Assembly (NCBI GenBank): GCA_022705945.1
Contig: JAKJDL010000001.1
Span: 163,582-227,581, forward strand
Reading direction: 5' to 3'
Length of the DNA: 64,000 nucleotides
From: Candidatus Omnitrophota bacterium
GTDB taxonomy: Bacteria; Omnitrophota; Omnitrophia; Omnitrophales; Aquincolibacteriaceae
In this document: positions 20,186 to 28,564 of the stretch, in pieces
Position numbering within the stretch: the first letter of the stretch is position 1
How the letters are laid out: the number at the start of each line of letters is the position of its first letter
Translations under genes and position numbers: made by a program
Notes under the pieces: model-generated
Told to the model about the DNA's origin: nothing
The model's database searches: none
The model's input: only the letters and a program-made list of their open reading frames with translations

Positions 20186-21022
20186 TCAGCAGGATGGGAG
20201 CGGCTCCCCCAGGAGCTCGGGCCACGCTTCGACCCAGCCGCGTCCGTGATCCGCTCCCCGGACAGAAACTGTCCTGAGACACGCTCCGGGTCCGGAGCTT
20301 TTCGACCAGTTGTTGACGGCAAGAAACGGAACTACTTCATCCGCACCTCCCGTAAAATGGATCTGGGGGATGTTTTTTACCGCACCCGCAACTTCCAGGG
20401 GATCAAGAGAGCCGTCAAGCGGACTGACCCCGTGATACTGATTCACTCCCTCCGGATCAAGATTCCCGGCGACCGTCCGGATCGAGCGAACATCCGCGCG
20501 CCTCGCCGCGACAAGTACCGCGACCGCCCCGCCGCCCGAGTAACCGACAAGCTCCGCGCCGGATGCCTGCACCTTCCGCACAACCGAATCCACGGCCGCG
20601 TTCATCGAACAAATCACTTCTTCGGAAAAACGCGCGTTCGTCCAAAAAGGAAAATCACAAGCGGCATCTTTTTCGTGAGAGGTATACTGGCAGGGCCGGG
20701 CGAGATAAACGATATTGGGCGAGGGATCCAGGGCCGCGAGTTTAAAGGCCAGCGGATCCCGGGGAGTCGGATCCCAGGAAACCCTTGACCTGGTCACAAA
20801 CGCATATCCGTCCCCTTCAATATAAACCCGAAGCGGCCTTCCGGGCTCACGGATCTTCTCGTATACCGTCAAAAGAAAAGGTTCGGTCCGTATCAGGGTT
20901 CTCGTGAAACCGTTTTCGCGCGCAAGCCGATCCGCCGTTTCGAGACGCTCGGACGAGGACGGAACCGTCAGGCAACCGACCAGAAACAGAACGGGCAGGG
21001 TCCAGATCAAATATTTGTGCAT
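20186..21022 (-). CDS. Lipoprotein, alpha/beta-hydrolase fold (VirJ/DUF-like esterase)
   Basis: It has a signal peptide with the lipobox LVGC, and a nucleophile elbow GYSGGG. Confidence 0.55.
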   Translation of the reverse strand: MHKYLIWTLPVLFLVGCLTVPSSSERLETADRLARENGFTRTLIRTEPFLLTVYEKIREPGRPLRVYIEGDGYAFVTRSRVSWDPTPRDPLAFKLAALDPSPNIVYLARPCQYTSHEKDAACDFPFWTNARFSEEVICSMNAAVDSVVRKVQASGAELVGYSGGGAVAVLVAARRADVRSIRTVAGNLDPEGVNQYHGVSPLDGSLDPLEVAGAVKNIPQIHFTGGADEVVPFLAVNNWSKSSGPGACLRTVSVRGADHGRGWVEAWPELLGEPLPSC

Positions 21023-21131
21023 GCAGGATTATAGTACACCTCCTGAAAACCGGGGACACTCTTTTCAGAACCTAAAATGAGCGCTGTTTTAACCGCTTGA
21101 TTTTAATGGCGTTCCGATTTAACATGCCGCC

Positions 21132-22025
21132 ATGCTTGCCGACGTTTTGTCCGAAGCTTTGCATGACACGCTAGCCGCCGTTCCGTGGCTCCTCGGAATC
21201 TATATTCTGCTCGAATTGGTAGAACATAAATTCAACCGAACGATCACGGAAAGGATCAGCCACAAGACCCGTATCGCTCCGCTGCTCGGAACGCTCTTCG
21301 GATGCATCCCGCAGTGCGGCTTTTCGGTGATCGCGAGCGCGCTTTACACCCGCCGGTGCATCTCTCTCGGAACCCTGCTTGCCGTCCTCATTTCGACTTC
21401 GGATGAAGCGATTCCGGTTATTCTCGCAAATCAGGAAAAGGCGCATCTGGTGTCCGGAATCCTCGCCGCCAAGATCGTGATCGCCGTCACGGCCGGCTAT
21501 CTGATCGACTTTGTCAGAAAACCCCGGATCCATTCCGAGTTCCATGCCGCAGACCATCCTGTCCATGATCCGGCGACCTGTGTCGAAGAACACCGTCATT
21601 GCTCCTGTCATTCCCACTCCTGCCGCGAGCCCTGGTGGAAGACCTATCTCCTTTCCCCCGTCCGTCATACGGCCGGTGTCGCTTTATTCATTTTCGCCGT
21701 CTCCGCAGCAATCGGAATTCTGATCGCCATGGCCGGGGAGGAAAACCTGGGGAAGATCTTCCTCGCGGGGACGATTTTTCAGCCGCTTCTCGCGGTCGCG
21801 GTCGGTTTGATCCCGAATTGCGCGGCGTCAGTGGCGATCGCGGAGGTCTATCTGAAAGGAGCCATCACGTTCGGCTCGACCATCGCCGGGTTATGCGCGA
21901 GCGGCGGTCTCGGAATTCTGGTGCTGATCAAGGAAAGCCGCTCCCGGAAAGAAACTTTGGGCATCCTGACTCTTCTGGCGCTGATCAGTTTTGTCGCGGG
22001 CATAATTCTGAATCTTTTTTTCTGA
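21132..22025 (+). CDS. Polytopic membrane permease with internal duplication, conserved Cys motifs and a His/Cys-rich loop (ArsP_2-like putative metal exporter)
   Basis: Two homologous halves contain GCIPQCGFSVIASALY and IPNCAASVAIAEVY. The central loop reads HPVHDPATCVEEHRHCSCHSHSC. Confidence 0.45.
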   Translation: MLADVLSEALHDTLAAVPWLLGIYILLELVEHKFNRTITERISHKTRIAPLLGTLFGCIPQCGFSVIASALYTRRCISLGTLLAVLISTSDEAIPVILANQEKAHLVSGILAAKIVIAVTAGYLIDFVRKPRIHSEFHAADHPVHDPATCVEEHRHCSCHSHSCREPWWKTYLLSPVRHTAGVALFIFAVSAAIGILIAMAGEENLGKIFLAGTIFQPLLAVAVGLIPNCAASVAIAEVYLKGAITFGSTIAGLCASGGLGILVLIKESRSRKETLGILTLLALISFVAGIILNLFF

Positions 22026-22135
22026 TCATCCGCCGTTCGTAAAAATTTTTTTCAACATTTTTCAGCTGTTTGCTTCCCTCCTGCGATCATTTGAGTTAGA
22101 ATACTACCTGTTCGCAAACATATCCGGAGGTGCTG

Positions 22136-22408
22136 ATGGACATGAAAGTTTTTCTCGCGACCTTGTCCGCTATTTTTTTTGCGGAACTTGCAGACAAGAC
22201 CCATCTTGTAAGTTTGACCATGTCCGGGAAAACAGGAAAGCCGTGGGCAGTACTCCTCGGCGCGATCGCGGGATTCGCGCTGGTAACGCTCATTTCCGTA
22301 TTTCTGGGAGCCGCGCTCGCGAAACACATCCGGCCCGAATATATCCGCTGCGCAGGCGCCGCAGCATTCGTAGTCATCGGTCTTCTGATGTTCCTTAACA
22401 AGTTTTAA
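22136..22408 (+). CDS. Single-domain UPF0016 (GDT1/TMEM165/MneA-like) cation transporter half-protein
   Basis: It is ~90 aa with 3 TM helices and an E-x-(G/A)-D-K-T signature (AELADKT). GGAGG lies 5 nt upstream of the ATG at 22136. Confidence 0.65.
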   Translation: MDMKVFLATLSAIFFAELADKTHLVSLTMSGKTGKPWAVLLGAIAGFALVTLISVFLGAALAKHIRPEYIRCAGAAAFVVIGLLMFLNKF

Positions 22409-22446
22409 ACCCGGCCCCAAGGGGCCTCAACCGAAAGGAGCCTTTC

Positions 22447-22527
22447 ATGGCCAAAAAAGCAAAAAAAGCCGTAAAGAAAAAGAAACCTGCCAAGAAAGCG
22501 AAAAAGAAATCACGCCGCTGCTGTTAA
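22447..22527 (+). CDS. 26-aa Lys/Ala-rich micro-ORF ending in RRCC (MAKKAKKAVKKKKPAKKAKKKSRRCC)
   Basis: A canonical SD (AAAGGAG) sits 6 nt upstream of the ATG. It is an AT-rich island in a GC-rich genome. A small GC hairpin lies between it and the UPF0016 stop. Confidence 0.35.
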   Translation: MAKKAKKAVKKKKPAKKAKKKSRRCC

Positions 22528-22634
22528 CCGTTTATGCTTTGGGGCTGAATTGTTTTTTGATTTAGCTTCAATCGGTTAACCCTCCCGGCCCCGCAGGCTG
22601 GGATTTCCCGACCTGCGGGGCCAGCGGGGCCTTC

Positions 22635-23369
22635 ATGAAAAATCCCCTCACCCGCTGTCCCGTACTCTTCGAGGACTGTGATGTTATTTTTGTCCATAAA
22701 CCCTCCGGAACACTTTCGCATCCGAATAATCGGGGACAATCCGCAGCTTACGAAGGCGACTATGATCCCGCCGAAAGAATCTTCCGGACATCGGCAGGAC
22801 CCCTTTGGCTCATCCACCGACTCGACCGGGAAACTTCCGGGGTCCTTCTTGCCGCCAAGACGCCTGAAGCCGCAAAGATATGCCGCGCGGCATTCGAAAA
22901 AAAAGAAGTCGAAAAAGATTATCTTGTGCTCACCGCCCGCAAACCCATTCCGCCTCGCGGCCGCTGGGCGGATTTTATATCCGAAAAAAAATGGGGAGGA
23001 AATCCCTCTCACGGAACCCGGGGCGTCAAAGCCTTCATCACGCGGGGTCCGAAACCGAACGCGCTGCTTCATTATTCCATGAAGAATTTCTATTCGAGAC
23101 TCAATTTGGCCCTGCTTGAGATCGCTCTTGTCACCGGGAAAACCCATCAGATCCGCGCGCAAGCGGCTTATCACGGTCATCCCGTCGCGGGGGACCGCGT
23201 TTACGGAAATTTCGCGGTAAACAGGGAGTTGAAGAAAGCCCTGGGCCTCAATCGGATTTTTCTGCACGCGCGGCGTCTCAGGATCAGACACCCTTCCGGG
23301 AACAAGTTCCTGGACATCGAAACCACGCTCCCCCCGGAGCTTGAACGGGCTCTCGAGAAAGCACGCTGA
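22635..23369 (+). CDS. RluA-family pseudouridine synthase
   Basis: It has the catalytic motif HRLDRETSGVLL and the RluA-family core (GKTHQIRAQ). Confidence 0.85.
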   Translation: MKNPLTRCPVLFEDCDVIFVHKPSGTLSHPNNRGQSAAYEGDYDPAERIFRTSAGPLWLIHRLDRETSGVLLAAKTPEAAKICRAAFEKKEVEKDYLVLTARKPIPPRGRWADFISEKKWGGNPSHGTRGVKAFITRGPKPNALLHYSMKNFYSRLNLALLEIALVTGKTHQIRAQAAYHGHPVAGDRVYGNFAVNRELKKALGLNRIFLHARRLRIRHPSGNKFLDIETTLPPELERALEKAR

Positions 23370-23371
23370 CC

Positions 23372-23989
23372 ATGGTTTCCTTTCCGATAAATAAAAAAAC
23401 GGTATTCCTCGCGGCTTTCCTTGCAACCGCCGTCCTGCACGCGGGGATGATCTGGAAAAAATCTTCCTCCCCCGACGAGCTCAGCTACGAGCTAAAACGC
23501 GACAACGGTTATTACATCCTTGAAGCGTCTCTTCCCATCGCTTCCGGTCCGGGCTGTCTTCTCGAGGTGATCTACAGCCCTTATCACATGCGCAAACTCA
23601 TGCGAAAGGATGCCGACGCCCTCGAGATCCTGAAAGAAACTCCGGCATCTTATGAGCTCCGGTCGGTTCATAAAAATAAAATCTGCCTTCTGGACACGGT
23701 TTACAGGCGGGAGCTTTTAAAAGAAAAAATGAGGGTCGGTTTTGAGCTTGTCAAATGTGAACAGAAAGGCAAGGTCGCTCCGCAGCTGGTCAGTTCGGAG
23801 GGATATTATGAGGTCAGACCGGAGACCGGCGGTTCCCGTCTTTATTATTATGAAAAAACAAAACTTGAGACCGGGCGCTGGGACCCGAGGGCTCTCGCTC
23901 TCGTCAAGGTCGTCGAACGGGACACGCTGATGTTCCTGAAAAAGCTCAAAAAATATTCCGAACAGACGGCGTGCCGCACCCCATCCTGA
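23372..23989 (+). CDS. Secreted hypothetical protein
   Basis: It has an N-terminal signal peptide and no motif I recognise. It sits tightly between the rluA-like and radical SAM genes. Confidence 0.45.
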   Translation: MVSFPINKKTVFLAAFLATAVLHAGMIWKKSSSPDELSYELKRDNGYYILEASLPIASGPGCLLEVIYSPYHMRKLMRKDADALEILKETPASYELRSVHKNKICLLDTVYRRELLKEKMRVGFELVKCEQKGKVAPQLVSSEGYYEVRPETGGSRLYYYEKTKLETGRWDPRALALVKVVERDTLMFLKKLKKYSEQTACRTPS

Positions 23990-24005
23990 GGGCCGGACCC
24001 CTTTC

Positions 24006-25652
24006 ATGAAGCTCGTCCTGATCCAGCCGCCCATCCGGGATTTTTACGATACGGACATCCGGCTTCAGCCGATCGGTCTGGCTTACCTGAAATCGGCCGT
24101 CAAAAAACATTTGCCCCGAATCCGGGTTGTTATCAGGGATTATCATGCCGGATGGGGCCGCCGCACCGTTCCCTGGCCCAAAGAGCTGAGGCACCTCAAA
24201 GCCTTTTACGGGCAGGAGGACAAAAGTCCTTTTTCGACTTTTCATCACTTTTATCATTTTGGCGCTGATTTTGAGACGATCGCTGACGAGACCGCCGGGG
24301 AAAAACCCGACCTTGTCGGCATCAGCTCCCTCTTTTCTCCTTACTGCCGGGAAGTCCTCGAAACGGCGGCGGCTATCAAAAGAAAACTAAACGTTCCTAT
24401 TTTAGCGGGCGGCTCCCACGCTTCCGCGCTTCCTGAAACGATGCTCGCGCATCCCGCGATTGATTTTGTGATCCGCGGAGAAGGAGAGCGGCCGCTGGTC
24501 GAATTCCTAAGAAAGATGTCACCCGCGTCAAAACCCGGTGTTGCCCGCCGACATCAATTCCGGGCATTATCCGGGGTGCCGAACCTGGGGTTCAAAAAGA
24601 ACGGGCGGATCATCCTGAATCCGTGCGGCTCGAATTATCCCGTCAACCGCATCCCCTTCCCCGATCTCCCGGACCTTCCTAAAAACCGGTATTTATATGA
24701 AGGGAAGCCCCTCTGTTTCATCCTCACTTCGCGCGGATGCCCTTATCGCTGCGCTTTCTGCTCGGTGCACACGACCTTCGGGCACCGCTACCGCCGGCGT
24801 TCCAACTCCGGCATGCTTCGCGAACTCAAACTCCGATACAGTCAGGGCTACCGCGTTTTTGACTTCGAGGATGATAACCTGACATTTGATAAAAAGGCGG
24901 CCGGCCGTCTTTTCAGGCAATTTGAAAAAATGTTCCCCAAAAAAGATGTCCGGTTTCTCGCGATGAACGGGATTTGCTACTGGGATCTGAACGGGGAGCT
25001 TCTTGGTCTCATGCGTCGCGCCGGTTTTACACACCTCAATCTTTCACTTGTAAGCTCCGATCCTTCCGTCTGCAAGAGCATGCGAAGACCTTTAAACCGA
25101 AAAAAATACAGGACCGTCGTTTCGCAGGCATTCAAGCTCGGCTTCAGGATTGTTTCTTACCAGATTCTCGGGCTTCCCGGGGACAGCCCGGACTCGATGG
25201 TAAAAACCCTCGTTCTGAACGCGAGACTTCCGGTGCTGCTCGGCGCCTCTCCTTTTTATGTGCCGCCCGGTTCACCGATCGGGGACTCATTAAATGAAGC
25301 TGATCCCTTCACAACCGCCCGTCTGACAAACCTCGGCATCGAATCGGCGGCCTTTACCCGGGAAGACATTTACACCCTGTTCGTCACCACCCGCATCCTT
25401 AACTTTCTGAAAGGAATCCCCCTTCAAAAAGATTGCCGCCTGGAGACGGCTCTGAAAAGCGCGGCGAAATACAGCCCGCGTTCCAGGGCCGGGGTTTTCA
25501 TCCTCAAAAAGCTTCTCCGGGAAGAACCGTTCAGCTTATGGACACCCCGCGGCTTCCGGCACCAGCCTTTTTTCAAAACCGAACTTTTTCACAAAGCCTG
25601 GGCTTCTCTTGATAGAATCGTCACCCGGCAAGGAAGATCCGTTCTCATTTAA
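24006..25652 (+). CDS. B12-binding-domain radical SAM protein
   Basis: It has an N-terminal cobalamin-binding Rossmann-like domain, then a CxxxCxxC radical SAM cluster motif (CPYRCAFC) and a long C-terminal domain. Confidence 0.85.
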   Translation: MKLVLIQPPIRDFYDTDIRLQPIGLAYLKSAVKKHLPRIRVVIRDYHAGWGRRTVPWPKELRHLKAFYGQEDKSPFSTFHHFYHFGADFETIADETAGEKPDLVGISSLFSPYCREVLETAAAIKRKLNVPILAGGSHASALPETMLAHPAIDFVIRGEGERPLVEFLRKMSPASKPGVARRHQFRALSGVPNLGFKKNGRIILNPCGSNYPVNRIPFPDLPDLPKNRYLYEGKPLCFILTSRGCPYRCAFCSVHTTFGHRYRRRSNSGMLRELKLRYSQGYRVFDFEDDNLTFDKKAAGRLFRQFEKMFPKKDVRFLAMNGICYWDLNGELLGLMRRAGFTHLNLSLVSSDPSVCKSMRRPLNRKKYRTVVSQAFKLGFRIVSYQILGLPGDSPDSMVKTLVLNARLPVLLGASPFYVPPGSPIGDSLNEADPFTTARLTNLGIESAAFTREDIYTLFVTTRILNFLKGIPLQKDCRLETALKSAAKYSPRSRAGVFILKKLLREEPFSLWTPRGFRHQPFFKTELFHKAWASLDRIVTRQGRSVLI

Positions 25653-25663
25653 AAGGAATGACC

Positions 25664-25918
25664 GTGGCTCTCACATCCGCGATAAAACTTGTGGCTTCCG
25701 CGGTTTTTTGTTTTTCAGCCGGCGCGGCAGGATCGCTGTCGGCGTCCGGTGCGATCCCGGAATGGTATTTATATTTGTTTCTCTGGGCGGCGATCCTCGC
25801 TACAATAGGCCGATTTTCAAGGGACTCGATCTCCGCGGCCGTCTTGCTGATCCCGTATCTTCTGTGGGTCACGTTCGGGGGCGTCCCTAATCTTGGGATC
25901 GTTCTTCTCAACCCTTAA
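25664..25918 (+). CDS. Small hydrophobic membrane protein (2-3 TM), hypothetical
   Basis: The ORF follows the radical SAM stop. The GTG at 25664 has AAGGA 6 nt upstream. The ORF-track ATG at 25658 has no spacer. Confidence 0.4.
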   Translation: MALTSAIKLVASAVFCFSAGAAGSLSASGAIPEWYLYLFLWAAILATIGRFSRDSISAAVLLIPYLLWVTFGGVPNLGIVLLNP

Positions 25919-25926
25919 AACAAATC

Positions 25927-26256
25927 ATGCGCACGATCGCTCTTCTGACAATTTCAAATATTTTTATGACGGCCGCCTGGTACGGGCATCTGCGGTTCAA
26001 ACACGCGGCGCTCTGGAAGGTCATTCTGATCAGCTGGCTGATCGCTTTCGTCGAATATTGCTTCCAGGTCCCGGCGAACCGGATCGGTTCTTACACGTAT
26101 TCGACGGCCCAGCTGAAAACGATCCAGGAGATCATCACCCTGGTCGTTTTCTGCGTGTTCTCGGCGGTCTATCTCAGGGAAGGCCTGAAGTGGAATTATC
26201 TGGTCGGGTTCGGCTTTATCGTGCTTGCAGCGTTTTTCATCTTCAAAAAATGGTGA
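25927..26256 (+). CDS. DMT-superfamily small membrane protein (DUF486-like)
   Basis: It has 4 TM helices and the N-terminal pattern NIFMTAAWYGHLRFK typical of DUF486. Confidence 0.6.
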   Translation: MRTIALLTISNIFMTAAWYGHLRFKHAALWKVILISWLIAFVEYCFQVPANRIGSYTYSTAQLKTIQEIITLVVFCVFSAVYLREGLKWNYLVGFGFIVLAAFFIFKKW

Positions 26257-26264
26257 GGTAACCT

Positions 26265-26828
26265 ATGAAAAAATCTCTTGGCGCAAAAACCATCCTTTTC
26301 CCGTCCCCGGTGCTGATCGTTTGTTCTTATGACGCCGCGGGTGTCCCGAACGCGATGAACGTCGCGTGGGGCGGGATCACGTGCTCGGAACCTCCGGCCG
26401 TCGCGGTCTCGATACGCGAACAGCGGAAGACCTACGAAAACATCATGCTCAAAAAAGCCTTCACCGTCTGCATCCCCCCGGAAGAGCATATCAGGGAGGC
26501 TGATTATGTCGGGATGGTGTCGGGCGCAACGGTCGATAAATTCGGGTCGGCAAAACTGACGCCTGTCAAAAGCGATCTTGTCGATGCCCCGTATATAAAA
26601 GAATTTCCTTTCGTCCTGGAATGCCGCCTGCTTCAGACGGTCAGGCTCGGAAGCCATACACAGTTCATCGGCGAGATCCTGGATGTGAAGGCTGAGGAGA
26701 GCATCTTGAACGCAAAGGGTTTCCCCGATTTTGAAAAAATGAAGGCCTTCATGTTCGACCCGGGAACGAGTTCCTATTACAGAACCGGAAAATTCATCGG
26801 ACAGGCCTTTGCCATCGGGAAGAAATAA
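26265..26828 (+). CDS. Flavin reductase-like (FMN-binding split-barrel) protein
   Basis: The N-terminal segment (ILFPSPVLIVCSYDAAGVPNAMNVAWGG) matches the N-terminal Flavin_Reduct pattern (…N.M.V.W). Confidence 0.75.
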   Translation: MKKSLGAKTILFPSPVLIVCSYDAAGVPNAMNVAWGGITCSEPPAVAVSIREQRKTYENIMLKKAFTVCIPPEEHIREADYVGMVSGATVDKFGSAKLTPVKSDLVDAPYIKEFPFVLECRLLQTVRLGSHTQFIGEILDVKAEESILNAKGFPDFEKMKAFMFDPGTSSYYRTGKFIGQAFAIGKK

Positions 26829-26832
26829 CGCC

Positions 26833-27204
26833 ATGAAATGGATCGCCCTGGTCTCCGGCGGGATGCTCGGGACCCTCGCCCGTTACTGGTTCGGAGGCGC
26901 GGTTTATCAAACACTCGGCGCCTCTTTTCCCTATGGCACGCTCGTCGTGAACCTCACGGGATGCTGGCTCATCGGTCTTCTCGCGGTCCTCGCGGAAGAG
27001 AAATTCCTCCTGGGACCGTCGGCGCGTGTTTTCCTGATGATCGGTTTCTGCGGGGCCTACACGACCTTTTCCACTTTCATGCTCGAAACGGCGAATCTCA
27101 TGAAAGACGGCGAAAATTTCAGGGCATTCCTGAATATCGCCCTGAGCGTCATTTTCGGGTTTGTCGCTTTATGCGCCGGAGTCTTGACGGCCAAATTTAT
27201 TTGA
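26833..27204 (+). CDS. crcB: Fluoride ion channel CrcB/Fluc
   Basis: It has SGGMLGTLARY in TM1 and GAYTTFSTF in TM3, it is ~124 aa long, and its ATG lies 5 nt after the preceding stop. Confidence 0.85.
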   Translation: MKWIALVSGGMLGTLARYWFGGAVYQTLGASFPYGTLVVNLTGCWLIGLLAVLAEEKFLLGPSARVFLMIGFCGAYTTFSTFMLETANLMKDGENFRAFLNIALSVIFGFVALCAGVLTAKFI

Positions 27205-27323
27205 CGGAGCAATCCATAAAATTACCGTCGGAAGGTAAATTGATCAGGGTTTTCATCGGGAAAGCGGACAGATGGGAGGGTGAGCCCCTTTACGAAGCGA
27301 TCGTCCACCTGGCCAAAAAATAA
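27201..27323 (+). pseudogene. 40-codon remnant resembling the N-terminus of a DUF190 (PII-like, fluoride-associated) protein
   Basis: It translates to LTEQSIKLPSEGKLIRVFIGKADRWEGEPLYEAIVHLAKK and then a stop. The pattern (…IY.GE.D.W.GKPLYEAIV) matches DUF190, but full-length members are ~110 aa. The TTG start overlaps the crcB stop. Confidence 0.35.
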
Positions 27324-27390
27324 AAAACGGAGGGCGCGAACGCGATCCTTTGCCGGATAAATCAATTGTTGCTTCTCCCGCGACAGCGGT

Positions 27391-27426
27391 TTGACAGGTT
27401 GAATCCGGGACAAAAGCAGCTAGAAT
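27391..27426 (+). promoter_or_regulatory. Sigma70-like promoter for the small secreted protein gene
   Basis: TTGAAT, a 16-nt spacer, then TAGAAT (with TTGACA just upstream). GGGAGG lies 9 nt before the ATG at 27455. Confidence 0.4.
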
Positions 27427-27454
27427 ACGCTTTATCAACCGGGAGGGTTTTGCT

Positions 27455-27745
27455 ATGAAAAAGCTTTTGGCGTTTCTTGTAGCTCTGACAGTTTTGATCC
27501 CGTTCGTGCCGGCGTCCGCTCTTGCGGTCAATACCGCGACTCACGGAGAAATCACGGGGAAGAGCGTAGTGTCCGGTCTCTGCTCCCTGATCATCTGGCC
27601 CGGTATCGGCCAGTATATCAATGACAATGAGACCAAGAAAAACTGGACCCATGCGATCGTCGGCATTTTGCCGCCGTTCCGTTTCTGGTCGGGCTGGGAT
27701 GCTCTCATCCAGCGTCAGGGCGGGCGCTGGGACGGCAAGATCTAG
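27455..27745 (+). CDS. Small secreted hypothetical protein
   Basis: It has a signal peptide (LVALTVLIPFVPASALA), its own promoter and SD, and it ends at a strong terminator. Confidence 0.5.
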   Translation: MKKLLAFLVALTVLIPFVPASALAVNTATHGEITGKSVVSGLCSLIIWPGIGQYINDNETKKNWTHAIVGILPPFRFWSGWDALIQRQGGRWDGKI

Positions 27746-27752
27746 GACCGCA

Positions 27753-28379
27753 TCACTCGGACCTCCCCGTGTTAATCGCGGGGAGGTCTTTTTTTTTGCG
27801 GCTTTTGAGGGAATAAAGGCATCCGCAGTAGTTCTGCCGGTAAAAACTTTCTTCTTTGGTGATAGCCGCGGCCATTGCGGAGCCGCCGTCTTTCCGCCAG
27901 TTCATGCCCCAGTAGACGAGACCCGGGAAAAGAGACGCGGCCTTTTCTCCCGAACGTGTCACTTGGTCAAAATCTTTCCATCGCGAGATCCCGAGACTTG
28001 AGGTGAAAACACGGAACCCGTTCTCTGAAGCATAAGCGGCGGATTTCCCGAGCCTCATGTCAAAACAAAGACCGCACCGCTCCCCCCTTTCGGGATCTTC
28101 CTCATGACCCTTCACGGTCTCGAACCAGCTGTCCCGGCCGGAATCTTCATCCACAAAAGCGGCTCCGAGTTTTTCTGCGTATCGGATGACTTCCCGTTTC
28201 CGCTTTTCATACTCCTCGCGGGGATAAATATTCGGATTATAAAAATACACCGCAGGTTCCCATGCCAGATCGACAAGCCGCTTCAGGATCGAACACGAAC
28301 ACGGCGCGCAGCAGGTATGAAGCAAGATTTTTCTTTTATCCTGCCCGGGAACTTGAGAATCGAAAAGAGTGTCATCCAT
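27753..28379 (-). CDS. queH: Epoxyqueuosine reductase QueH (DUF208)
   Basis: It has LLHTCCAPCS near the N-terminus and YCGCLYS near the C-terminus. The ORF track extends to 28541 with a non-conserved leader. The ATG at 28379 gives the canonical length. Confidence 0.8.
   Translation of the reverse strand: MDDTLFDSQVPGQDKRKILLHTCCAPCSCSILKRLVDLAWEPAVYFYNPNIYPREEYEKRKREVIRYAEKLGAAFVDEDSGRDSWFETVKGHEEDPERGERCGLCFDMRLGKSAAYASENGFRVFTSSLGISRWKDFDQVTRSGEKAASLFPGLVYWGMNWRKDGGSAMAAAITKEESFYRQNYCGCLYSLKSRKKKDLPAINTGRSE
27760..27797. terminator. Rho-independent terminator between two convergent genes
   Basis: A perfect 10-bp stem (gacctccccg/cggggaggtc) with a 9-nt loop is followed by T9 on the + strand. 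It lies 5 nt past the queH stop on the minus side. Confidence 0.75.
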
Positions 28380-28564
28380 AACGCAGAGGTGAATCCTTCC
28401 TCCGAAAGCCTGTCGGCCGATCCGGGGGTTCAGTTTCTTAAGGTTTAAAATCAGGATTGCCCCGCCGGCTGAAACCACGGGAGTATTATGCCGGGATATT
28501 ATACCGACCGCCCGTGGAAATCTTCCTTTTTTTGTCTTCAAAGACCGAGTGTTGAAAGGGTTTG

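Noticed and set aside
22524-23426. 300-aa ORF on the minus strand
   Set aside because: It overlaps the + strand RluA-family gene, which carries the catalytic HRLDRETSG motif. The minus frame has no similarity to anything I recognise.
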